This document shows positions 1 through 11,114 of a DNA stretch of 64,000 bases, in pieces; the first letter of the stretch is position 1; every line of letters starts with the position of its first letter. The DNA is from Macrostomum lignano (taxonomy: Eukaryota): contig NIVC01000659.1 in assembly GCA_002269645.1 (NCBI GenBank), positions 310,001 through 374,000 on the forward strand. Reading direction: 5' to 3'. The translations under genes and the position numbers were made by a program. The notes below the pieces were generated by a model, which saw only the letters and a list, made by a program, of their open reading frames with translations, was not told where the DNA came from and did not search any database.

Positions 1-790
1 CGCCCTCGGTGCGACTTAGCTCGGTCCTGCTGCGACTTAGCTCGCCCTCGGTGCGACTTAGCTTGGTCCTGCTGCGACTTAGTGCGACTTAGCTCTCGCT
101 CGGTGCGACTTAGTTCGCCCTCGGTGCGACTTAGCTCGCCCTTAGTGCGACTTAGCTCGGTCCTGCTGCGACATAGCTCGCCCTCAGTGCGACTTAGCTC
201 TCGCTCGGTGCGAGTTAGTTCGCCCTCGGTGCGACTTAGCTCGGTCCTGCTGCAACTTAGCTCGCCCTCGGTGCGACTTAGCTTGGTCCTGCTGCGACTT
301 AGTGCGACTTAGCTCTCGCTCGGTGTGACTTAGTTCGCCCTCGGTGCAACTTAGCTCGGTCCTGCTGCGACTTAGCTCGCCCTCAGTGCGACTTAGCTCT
401 CGCTCGGTGCAACTTAGTTCGCCCTCGGTGCGACTTAGCTCGGTCCTGCTGCAACTTAGCTCGCCCTCGGTGCGACTTAGCTTGGTCCTGCTGCGACTTA
501 GTGCGACTTAGCTCTCGCTCGGTGCGACTTAGCTCGGTCCTGCTGCGACTTAGTGCGACTTAGCTCTCGCTCGGTGCGACTTAGCTCGGTCCTGCTGCGA
601 CTTAGTGCGACTTAGCTCTCACTCGGTGCGACTTATTTTGCCCTCGGTGCAACTTAGCTCGCCCTTAGTGCGACTTAGCTCTCGCTCGGTGCAACTTAGT
701 TCGCCCTCTATGCAACTTAGCTCGGTCCTGCTGCGACTTAGCTTGCCATCGGGTGCGACTTAGCTCGCCCTCGGTGCGACTTACCTTGTC
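1..790. repeat. Composite ~10-21-bp tandem array built on the motif TGCGACTTA, lying inside the end of a CATAC-family TIR element
   Basis: Units such as gtgcgacttagctcgccctcg and ctgcgacttagctcggtcctg. The core is the reverse complement of the TAAGTCGCA motif found in the elements at 1310-1567 and 10862-11114. Confidence 0.9.
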
Positions 791-1001
791 TTCAGTGCTG
801 CAACTTACAGCACTTACAACTCTTTTTGTGTTTTTTTCTTTCTCTTTGCTCCCTTTTTCTCGTTTTTTCCTTTTCCTTTCCCCTTTTTTGTCTTTTGTTT
901 TTTCGTTTCTTTTGGCGGTTAATCAATTTTGTGACTTACTTGGTTGGCCGCCAAATTGGTGGGCCAGATCGGCCGACTCGTCCGACTGTTGCACATGTAT
1001 G
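1..1001 (-). mobile_element. One end of a CATAC-TIR non-autonomous DNA transposon; the other end lies outside the window
   Basis: 961-1001 (gggccagatcggccg...gttgcacatgtatg) closely matches the reverse complement of the left end of the 10862-11114 element (catacatgcgcaactgctggccgacctggccgatctggcc). Confidence 0.6.
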
Positions 1002-1309
1002 GGTCTAGTTTTATCATTTATAAATACACTATGCACCATATAAGCTAAATTAAATAAAAGTAGTACAATTTTTTTACAACAATCTTTTTAATATTTTAAA
1101 GCAGTTTTTATTTCTTTGGTAGAAAAATAGCAAAAATTTTAGTTATTTGTCTAGTTATTAGATAGATAGCTATTTCATTATTCATTTAAAGAAATGTCCA
1201 TAGTCAGAAAGGTGTCTTATATGCCAGAATTTTCTAGTATGCATTAGCCTTTTATAGTTTATTGGCTTTCATATTTGGCATGCTTGAATCCTAAAAAGTT
1301 GTATTTTTA

Positions 1310-1567
1310 CATACATGTGCAACTGCTGGCCGATCTGACCACTGTAAATTATGATGGACCAGGGGTAAGGTGCAAAAATGCCTACCACAAAGAATACAGA
1401 TGTAGTACTAATTAGATGACGAGGCATTTAGCCCTTATAAGACAGTCATAGTTACTTCTACAAAGTTGTGTTAATGTCGCTTTAGGGTTTCTTTCACAGT
1501 TAAGTTGAATTTTTGGTCAAAAAGTAAGTCGCATGGCCATTGTAAATCAGGGGGGTTCGCATGTATA
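1310..1567 (+). mobile_element. 258-bp MITE, CATAC-TIR family, 8-bp TSD
   Basis: Ends are catacatgtgcaac ... ggttcgcatgtata. TSD tattttta at 1302-1309 and 1568-1575. The paralogous block at ~3210-3661 has the empty site (tatttttg, 3461-3468). Confidence 0.9.
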
Positions 1568-1768
1568 TATTTTTATATATAAAGAGTGATATAAAAAGCC
1601 ATTTAATAGGGAACCAGTTAATTTAGTGAGGTTGACTTGGTGATAAGCAATTTAGCAACAGTCAGTTTGGTAAGGGGGTGGTTAAAATAGAACAGTAATT
1701 TGTTATCTATTGCATTGAGTTTGCATATTTACTCTGATTTCAAAAAAGCCAAAATGTAATTCCACATA

Positions 1769-2417
1769 CTAGTGTTCTACTATAAAGAGGGTCCATGTAC
1801 CATAACTATAGCTGTAAGCAAAACTATGGGATATTCTAATTCTCCATATTCCATAGCCATAGGGACCCCAATATTACTATATTCCCATAGTTCCTGTAGC
1901 CATATCTATAGTTTTAGCAAAGTCTAGAAAACAAAATATTTTAAATAAAGAGAACCTAGTGCTTAAACAATTGCAAATTAAGTTAGAAAATAAAATAAAC
2001 ACTTGATTGCCTTTTTAAGATTATATTTCATCTTTTTGTAGAGCAACAAGACTTAATTGTTACTGAAAGATCTAATGCTAAACTTTTTCACATTAATAAA
2101 AATTAGAGTTTTCTAGTGTTTTATGGTATTTTATTAGTATTAGATATATTCTATAAGTTTCTAAGTTGATAATACAATTTACTAAAGTATCTTTGTTTTA
2201 CTCTACCTATTTCTAATATTTTTCCAATTTTTTTAAATTAATAACTATGGCTATGGGAATCTATTACAGAATATGACAGAAACTACCATATTTTTGTAGT
2301 CGTAGCCATAAGAGCAGCTAGCTACCGTAGGCATATCTGTAGCTGCAGTAGACACCTATTTTACCATATTTGCCATAGGATCCCGTAGCCGTAGCTATGG
2401 CTATGGCGAAACACTAG
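1769..2417. mobile_element. ~650-bp putative MITE with short TIRs (ctagtgtt...aacactag) and a TA TSD
   Basis: TA flanks at 1767-1768 and 2418-2419. Many subterminal ccatag/ctatgg motifs occur near both ends. The TIR is only ~8-9 bp. Confidence 0.5.
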
Positions 2418-2419
2418 TA

Positions 2420-3206
2420 GGCTCATTCCATATAAGATAGACATATTTGGAAAATAGAAAAAAGTCAATATTTTTGCTTGCCATTGCCTAATTAGCCTAT
2501 TTTTTTACCAAATGTTTATATTGTACAATATATACAATCTAAGAATAAAGGAATGGTAAAATGTTGGATAAGTATGTTATCAATTGGCAAAAAGTCATTT
2601 TTGTAAAAATTTGGACATTTTTCGAAGCAAAAGACATCATTAAGATTTTGTACCTTTTAAAAACAAATAGAAAGCTTTTGAAGGTTGAAACAAACTATAG
2701 ATAAAAGTATAGTACTTGCATCATCAGATAAAAGCATTGGTGACCAAATAATCTATTATATTTTTAATGTATTAGTACCTCAAAGTTACTGAATTGACAG
2801 AAAAAAAATATGTTACAACCATAATGTTACGACCATAAGGCTGCCTTTTCTTTTGTATCTTTGTTGCCTTTTGAGTTTATATATTCTAATAAAAGAGTAT
2901 GATTTCTAAAGATGTTCTTAGTCAAATTTTAAAAATGTATTGCAAAATATCAAAAATGAAAAATGTTATAAGACTTTTACCTTTTAGTTTCTATATGTCA
3001 AAAATCCTGTCGTTACGACCATAAGTGTCATTTAAGGTTTAATAGCATCTATACTAATGATGATATCTATATGAAACTCTATAAATATATTCTAGACAAA
3101 ATAATCTTTCATTTAAAATATTGGTTTAGTATATTCTATTATTAGATTTCATTTTATAAGTAAAAATAACCTGTCATGTTACGACCATGCTTATATGGAA
3201 TGAGCC
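2420..3206. mobile_element. 787-bp non-autonomous TIR element with perfect 17-bp TIRs and an apparent 4-bp TSD
   Basis: ggctcattccatataag (2420-2436) and cttatatggaatgagcc (3190-3206). agta flanks both sides (2416-2419, 3207-3210). Internal repeated gttacgaccat motif. Confidence 0.8.
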
Positions 3207-5849
3207 AGTAGAATATTAAAGTATTACAATTTTTTTGACAACAATCTTTTTAACATAATATTTTAAAGCAGTTGATATTTCTTTGGTGACTACAAAAATA
3301 ACAATATAGTTATTTGTCTAGTTACTAGATAGATAGCTATTTCATTATTCATCTAAGGAAATGTCCATAGTCAGGTAGGCATCAGAATTTTCTAGCATGC
3401 ATTAGCCTTTTATAGTTTATTTGCATACATTTTTTGGCATGCTTGAATCCTAAAATGTTGTATTTTTGCATATGAAGAGTGATATAAAAAGCCATTTAAA
3501 AAGGGAACCAGTTAATTTAGTAAGGTTGACTTGGCAACAAGCAATTTAATAAGTCAGTTTGGCAAGGGGGTGGTTAAAATAGAATAGTAATTTATTATCT
3601 ATTACATTGAGTTTGCATGATTACTCCAATTTCAAAAAAGCCAAAATGTAGCTCCACATACCATACATATGATTTGCCCAGTGTAAGTCACACCTGCTTA
3701 TAGTTTACTATAGTCATAGATGTAAAACAAATATTAAACCAAGGTAACAAGTTATAACCTAATTTGGGTTCGAAAGTTGACAATTTCAACAAAATATTTT
3801 CTTAAAAAGGCCTAAGCCATTGATAAGATAGGCGTAGAGCCTAGTAAATAAAACCGTTATAGGGCCTACATCTAGGCCTAGGCCTTATGGCTATAGTGTA
3901 CTGTCATAATTCCAATTCCAACCACTGCCGCAGTCACTGCAAGGCTAGACACTAGTCTACAACATACTTAAGTACTATAAATTTTGAAGTCCTGAAAAAT
4001 TATTAGTACAAAAATAAATAATAAAGCCGGTCTCACTGACATGCGACTTACAGTGCGATAAAAGCAGTTCTTTTTAAAGCGCAATGTGACACGCAAGCAA
4101 ATTTTATAAGATTTCTTGGCTTACGATGACAGGTTTTAAATTTATGCATGTAAAAAATAACAGTATTACACTTCATGATACGTCTAAAACAGATTCTTAA
4201 ACATACAAACTAGACATTAAAAAAGTGAGTTGACTTATTTGCACATAAAACTAATATTTAAGATATTTTGTTTTACAGAGATACGTTAAAGTTGTTATAA
4301 AAGTCCAGCTGTCAGGTCTAGTAAGAATTTTGGAACATTTCTTCAGTTTCAATTCGCTAAAATCAACCTAAAGTATTAAAGAGAAGTAGGACCTTAAGTT
4401 GCACAGAATCTTAAAATGATAACTTTACCAGGTACAAGTCTTATTTTATTGAAACTTTTACGGGATAGCGGAACGTTCGTATCATTTACTTTCTAAGAAA
4501 TAAGTTGTTTTGGATTGGACGACAGACTACATGACATCCGACATTTCATGTACATTCCTTTCCGCCGTTCACAGACCAATAGTCTCTGACATGACTGAGA
4601 CAACATGTTTGATTAGAGAAATGGCAACTGAATCACTTTTTTCTGTATCCTATTTATTACTTTTTATCCTAAGAGAGCACGAACTTCCAAAACCAGGTGC
4701 CGATCCAGAAAATTTTGAACGAGGCCGAGGGGGGCGCAGATTATTTACATGATAATGTGTATTTTCCATATTAAAAAATCAAACCCAATGGTGGGGCGCC
4801 CTGTGCATATATGCATGTGTTTTGTCATTTTTTTCTTTAAAGTTTATTTGCATATTCTTTTAAATTATATCAGTTAATAAATATATTATTCTCACTTGTT
4901 ACAAAAATGGCTGTTGCCAATATGGCTATTACCAAAGTAGACTGTTACTGGTGCAAATTCAAGGTAGGCCTAGGCCTTAACCGTTATGTATTTGGATTAG
5001 GGCCTAGCCCTAATAATATCAATCAATTAATAGATTTTTTTATTTTAGTCATAAATTGTTTTTAGACTTATTTTCATAATAGAGCAGAAAAATAAAAAAA
5101 CTAAGCATAAAAAAGTTATGCTTACTATAGTATTAAAGAAATAAAAAAATTGATTTAATTTTTTGTATCCTAGAATTTTCGTCAACTTTTTTTTCGTCAA
5201 CTGAGAGTTGACAAAAATTCATTGGTAGTTGGAATGTTCGTCAACTGCCAATTGGAACAATGGAATCTTTGTCAACTACCTATGAGAAATGTGGAATTTT
5301 TGTCAACTGGGTGCCATTGGATGCGCTTTAACTTTAACTTACGTGATACGTATTTTAGTAAGTAAATTTATTAAACTTTATTATCCAATAATTACTTGGC
5401 AGGAATTCAACTTGCCAGTCGCAGCACATTTTACTTTTGTTTTTCACTTCCAACTTCGACAGTAACAATGCAGTAAATACGTCTTCATTGTTTAGATATG
5501 TGTTGTAACCAACAAGAGTTGCTTCTATATACTGGTTCTAGTAGCACCATCTAGTGCAAATTTTTTTTTACTTTTAGATGGTAAAAATGCGAGAATGGTA
5601 AAATTTTGAGAGTTGATCGAACAAATTTTCAATGGTAAAAATGTTAAAACGTGAAGATACAAATTGCAGTACTAACATGCAGTTATAGTATAAATATTGT
5701 ACAATATAGCTTGGCTTGATGTTGTGAAACCGGTGAGGGTTGGGCTATTGGGCCAATAACCAATAAGCCAATAAGCCTGTGTTACATTAAAAAATGGAGT
5801 TTAACATTAAAAGCATATAGTCTAATAGTCTTCGTCTTATAAACCCTAT

Positions 5850-7911
5850 TCACTGTCCTCTCTGACCGAATTTCGGAACGTGATTAAGCCGGGAGCATTC
5901 TACCAGAAGCCTGCGGATAGTAAGCTGGCCGTCACAATAATCACGCCAATGCCGGTCTACCAGCTCTTGCAGCTTCTTGTATCGACCGCGATGCTGTCGT
6001 TGAGTCTGCCCTTGCTGCACCAGTGCTGCCTGAACTGGCACCATGAGAGCCTCATTGTGCAGTAGCTGCAACAAGGGGTACAGGCTGATGTTACCTTGCT
6101 CTGCTCGTTGCTTCAGTCGCCGATGCCACCCCTCACACTCATTGTTCGTGCGAAATGGTCTGGTTGTAGACGCTCACTTCCTCGCATTTGAACACTGGGC
6201 TGTTCAGCCAGGTGGCATTGACGTACTCTGCGACTTTGAGAAGGCGTGGTTCGACGATTCCCGCGACAATCTGTGCCAGGCCCTCTTCCATGTGCTCGGC
6301 CGGAAGATATGGCAGCACCATGAGCATCCGGCAGAAAGTGTTCGTACCAGGATCTGCTATATATGCTTGCTGGAGGCCAGCCTGTTGAACGCGACGGAAC
6401 ATGGCCTGTGCGTAATGGAACAGGCAGCCCTTCAGTGTCGCTTCAGGAAAGATGACACGCAGGGCCTGCCATGCGGCGCATTCGAAGTCCAGAACGAATG
6501 CCTGCGGAAGACCGCCGTTCAGTAGTAGGCTTCTAAGGTGCTAGAAGACTGCCAGGTAGTCATGTAGAGCCTTCCCAGACATTAAAGCAAATGCCAAGAC
6601 CACCTGCTTTGCTGTTTCTCCTTGGCGGATGTAGCAATGGACCGTGTAAAGCTGTCTAAACAGCTCCCTCACAACTTCAAAAGTACCGTCCATAAACCAG
6701 ACCCGACTTGATGAGAGTGTAGTCCGCTGTACATTCGTCAAAAACAGTAGATGGCGCTTTCCCATACGATTGACGCGCAAATCAAACAGAGAAAAGTCGT
6801 CGGGTACATGACTTTGAGAAATTTCGAATGTCAGATCTGCGGGTGGCACTGGTCTATCAGCTTTGCGTCCCTTGTTCGCAATGCGCACTAATGTGCTCAC
6901 ATTTGGCACCTGAGGTGCCATTCGTGCTTCGCTCTGTTGAAGTTTCTCTTCGACGATCGCTGCTGCTGGGCGAAAGCAATGACGCTTAGCTTCATATTTT
7001 ATCTCAGAGACTAGCTTCCGCTTCTCCCCTTCAAGAATTCGTGGAGCACAAGTGTGCGCTGCCCATCCTCTCGTAATTGTCCCATTTGTCTTCTGTATTG
7101 CCATGCCTGGGCATTGCAAACCTGCACTATGGCTGGTGCATCTCCAGCATGCTTGGGCGCAACCTTGGGATTCACTCGGCCGTTTCTATTGGCAACACAC
7201 ACATGTAAGTCGCTATTGGACGGAATAGTAGTCACGTGACTGCTCTCAGCCAATAGCGAGTTACATGTGTGTGTTGCCAATAGAAACGGCCGGGTGATTC
7301 CCAAGGTTGCGCACGTATGATCTCCAGTATTGCGTGCCCTGCTTTGCTACATTGAAGCCTAGGACAAATTCCTGGTTACCGATGCTGTGCAAAAGAATGT
7401 CTTTTCCTTTCGTTGATGCACTTGGGATGATGCGGAAGGAATCCATTTCTGGGGCAGCTGGCTGCTCCATTGGCTGTGGCTCTGGGTTGGCAAATGACAC
7501 TTCTTGAAGGTGCAGACGCTCCGCAATTGGGCCTATGTCAGCTGCATAAAGCTCTTCTAAAAAGCCCAGCTGCCGGACTGCTGGCACTTCTGGCTGCTGC
7601 TGCTGCTGGACAGCCAGCACTGCTGGCTGCTGCGGCTGCTGGACAGCTGGCACTGCTGGCTGCTGCGGCTGCTGGACTGCCGGTGCAGGCAGAGCAATTG
7701 GCTGTTCATGTTGTTCCTGCGGCTCTTCCCGACAAAGGCTGCAGCTGAACTCGAAACTTTCTAGCTGCTGCAGATGGCGATACTGTTGGCGACTAACACC
7801 ACTTTGGCACGTACGATGCTGCCACTTTTTGCATTGATCGCACTGCAAACCTTCTTGCCGCAGGCGCACAGCCTCTTGGCACACAACGCAGTTGTCGATA
7901 TTGTTGTTCAT
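5850..7911 (-). pseudogene. PHD-finger / FLYWCH-type / MULE DDE transposase pseudogene
   Basis: C4HC3 PHD (CVVC...CDQC...H..C...CSLC), YWRC...CPG...H zinc finger, WFMDGTF, VLDFE, GCLFHYAQA and TNNECEGWH motifs. Lesions: 172-bp insert at 7148-7319, in-frame TAG at 6541-6543, +1 frameshift near 6153. Confidence 0.9.
7148..7319. mobile_element. 172-bp fold-back (hairpin) MITE of the CATAC family inserted in the MULE transposase
   Basis: ~55-bp near-perfect inverted arms (gcgcaaccttggga...acacacatgtaa) and central palindrome agtcacgtgact. CAT...ATG termini. TSD atctccag at 7140-7147 and 7320-7327. Confidence 0.9.
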
Positions 7912-8639
7912 TCCATGCGAGTGACAGCAAAACAAAAGAGTGTGTACAAGTAGATATATACTCCACAAATCAGTGGCACCTGGCACATTTTCTCTAAATT
8001 GTGTTGGACACTGCATAGTGCACACTGTTCATGTGCCAACTCGCGAGTCATGTACATCTGCTAGCTAGTTGATGCTCAGATTGTAACGCACAACATTGCG
8101 CAATGGCAATCAACACATGTTAAATACGCAATACAGTGTACGCAATAAATCGTGCACAAAGGCAGCTCTCCGATGCCTTCAATCTGGCTGTGGAACTTTC
8201 GTCAACAGGCGGTGGAAGATTTGGAATATTCGTCAACTGCAGAAATGAGGGTTAGAACATTCGTCAACCAAGTTGACAAAAAAAAAGTTGACGAAAATTC
8301 CATAAACCCTATAGTGTCATACTCTTAAATCTATTAGACCTATATAGTATGCCAGAAAAAATGACCCTCGCTATACTATAAATTAAAGTTAATACTAGAA
8401 AAACAAATTTATTTATGATATATATGTTAGACATTATCAAAACAATGTTGCAATAATAGAGGACCTTTTTTGTATAACTAAATTTTATTTTTTATATAAT
8501 ATACTAGCAATCTTTGCCCCCCAATGGGGGACATCTGGATAGAATCTTTGTTCTCTACAAGTAACAAAAAGACAGCCAAAAAAGCCTTCACAAAGACAAC
8601 AGACAAACTACTCAAATAAAGTGTAATGCAAAAAGAAAT

Positions 8640-8860
8640 CATCCCAAGACAGCAAGCATCCCCCAGATAGCAAGCATCCCCCAAATAGCAAGCATCCCCC
8701 AGATAGCAAGCATCCCCCAGATAGCAAACATCCCCCAGATAGCAAGCATCCCCCAGATAGCAAGCATCCCCCAAATAGCAAACATCCCCCAAATAGCAAG
8801 CATCCCCCAGATAGCAAGCATCCCCCAGATAGGAAGCATCCCCAAATAGTAAGCATCCAC
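8640..8860. repeat. 18-bp minisatellite (agcaagcatcccccagat)
   Basis: About 12 tandem copies. Confidence 0.9.
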
Positions 8861-8954
8861 CAGACAATAAGTAGCTAGTGCAACAGTTTCCTTAGCTCTA
8901 TAGTGGCTCCTTTAAAATTGGAATGACACTTTTACGTTAGAAATTGTGTATCTT

Positions 8955-9180
8955 TTATGTTTGACATGGTGACTCTTTAATGTTTGACATGGTGGCTCTT
9001 TTATGTTCTACATGGTGGCTCTTTTATGTTTGATTCGGGGTTTTTTTAATGTCTGACATGGTGTCTCTTTAATGTTTGACATAGTGGCTCTTTTATGTTT
9101 GACATGGTGGCTCTTTAGTGTTTTATATGGTGGCTCTTTAATGTTCAACATGGTGGCTCTTTAATGTTTGACATTGTGCT
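8955..9180. repeat. ~23-bp minisatellite (atgtttgacatggtggctcttt)
   Basis: About 10 degenerate copies. Confidence 0.8.
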
Positions 9181-9235
9181 TCTTTGTGTTTAGCATTCTG
9201 TGTTTTTAAGGTGTTTTAATAAAAAAATCTTTTTG

Positions 9236-9300
9236 CACTACTAAGATTCGAACCCAGGTCGCTGCATTAGCAGTCCAGTCTGTTGGCATCTATGCTATCT
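9236..9300 (-). other. tRNA-like fragment (Ser-GCT-like), possibly a SINE head
   Basis: Minus strand reads ...cagactggactgctaatgcagcgacctgggttcgaatc, with a ctGCTaa anticodon-loop-like core and a GGTTCGAATC B-box. No convincing acceptor stem. Confidence 0.35.
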
Positions 9301-9836
9301 CTTGTCAATTGGAGAACATGAATTGTGGCCCTTATAATTCAATTCTTACAGCAAGTCAGTTAGAGTAAAAAGTTATGACATGATCAATTTCACAGTCAGC
9401 CAGTATCAGTCTCAATTTAAGTTAGCAATATTGTTACGCAATTTCAATCAAGTTGTGTGTGCATTTCCTCGGCACTGTTTTCAACTTGTTGTGATGCAAT
9501 CTTTATCAGAATTGAAATTCAGTCAGTCAGGTTTTTATCTAGCATTATTACAATGCATTTCAAGTCGAAAATTTTGCTTGACCTTTGCAAAAAGCATGTT
9601 TTTCAAATATTTAATCCCTTTAGAATTGAGAAATTTCTTAGCCAAGATGCATGTACCGTCTCAGGAAAATTTCTGATCGAATGGTGCAAGTTTAAAGAAA
9701 ATCAGTTGAGCCATTTTTTCTGAAATCTATCGCATAGCTACAGACAACTCATTTTTAGTATATGGGATGCCAGCTCTAGCACAATTTTCTAAGAGATTGT
9801 TCCATATGCCAGATAGGGCCTACTATCTATATTAAA

Positions 9837-10270
9837 TCTCTATATATAAAAAATGAAACTCTGTCTATATGTCTTTGTACAAATTACTCTATTATGGAGT
9901 CCCAAACTGCTCAACCAATTCACACCAAATTTTGCACCCACCCTAAATTCACCACAGAAAGTGTCATAGGCTACTTTAAAATTTCTTAAATTTGAGTCTT
10001 CCTACCTAAAAGTGCAAAAAACTGCTCAAAATATGTGCTTTTTTTACTAAATGCTCCATAGCACCACTCCACTCTTATCAATTGTCCTCAAATTTGACAC
10101 AATCAATCTTCAACTTTTTTGACACAATTGTGTAAAATTTTGAGTCTCAAAATTATTCCTGAATGCTGGGAATGGTACTGTGCACTTTTAAAATTAGGCT
10201 GTTTTTTTTCAGCAAGACAGCCACCCCAACCTCTGTCCACCTGCCTCTTTCCCAATCTGGGCCTAGATGT
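9837..10270 (+). mobile_element. Possible non-autonomous Helitron-like repeat
   Basis: Begins a|tctctatatataaaa and contains aaactgctcaaccaattcacaccaaattttgcac, a motif style typical of Helitron/HINE-like repeats. The 3' end is not confidently located. Confidence 0.3.
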
Positions 10271-10861
10271 ATAAAAGGGGTTTAAAAATTGACTAACTTT
10301 TGGCTACCATAAGTTTGCTCCACATAAAATGATTGACTTTAAACTTGACACAATTTTTCATTGACTTATTCTCCGTCTAAATGTAAAGTTTCAACTCTGT
10401 AACTCAATCAGAATAGAAACTGTAAGCATGTGAAGTTTGTCTGCTTTTTCTGTTGTTTGTGCCACTCCACTCACTCATTCCCCCAGACTGCCCAGAGTGA
10501 GACTAAGGGTCAGGCAATAGGGCTAAATTTACATAGCAAATGTACAGTGTTTTGGAATAACTTTTTAAAGCCTTCTCTGCACACTGAGAGTACAGAGGCT
10601 ACATTTAGCCATGACAATTTAATGAGAAATTCTAACCACTGCCCTCTATATAGGGTAGGAAAACTCTGTAGCAGTTTAACAGTGGATGGCAATTGGCAAA
10701 TCAAGGCAATCCAGCATTGTTTGTAAAAGCAAAAGATTTATGAAAAGGCGATCTGCAATGCAATACAACCCTACTAAATTAGTCACACCATGGAAATTTA
10801 AGGTTTCTCTTAAACATACTTTAAAATTTAAATGGCATTCTAAGAAATGCATATTTCCTTG

Positions 10862-11114
10862 CATACATGCGCAACTGCTGGCCGACCTGGCCGATCTGGC
10901 CACTGTAAATTGATATGCCCACCCCAAAGAATACAGACGTAGTACTAATTAGATGACGAGACATTTAGCGCTTATAAGACAGTTATAGTTACTACTGCCG
11001 TTTACCCGAAATTGCGTTAATGTTGCTCTAGGGTTTCTTTCACAGGTAAGTCGCATTTTTGGTCAAAAAGTAAGTCGCATGGCCAGTGTAAATCAGGGGG
11101 GTTGCGCATGTATG
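10862..11114 (+). mobile_element. 253-bp MITE, CATAC-TIR family, 8-bp TSD
   Basis: Perfect 14-bp TIR catacatgcgcaac ... gttgcgcatgtatg. TSD tttccttg at 10854-10861 and 11115-11122. Colinear with 1310-1567. Confidence 0.92.

Larger units (their letters stand above)
5173..8310 (-). mobile_element. Mutator-like (MULE) DNA transposon
   Basis: ~30-bp TIR gaattttcgtcaactttttttt(c/t)gtcaact at 5173 and inverted near 8270-8302; the right end extends to ccataaaccc at 8310. Multiple subterminal ggaaNNttYgtcaac repeats. Internal transposase pseudogene. The left terminal ~9 nt are not matched and no TSD was found. Confidence 0.85.

Noticed and set aside
3662-3700. catacatatg as another CATAC-family left end
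   Set aside because: No matching right terminus or ccacatac TSD was found; it may be a catac micro-duplication.
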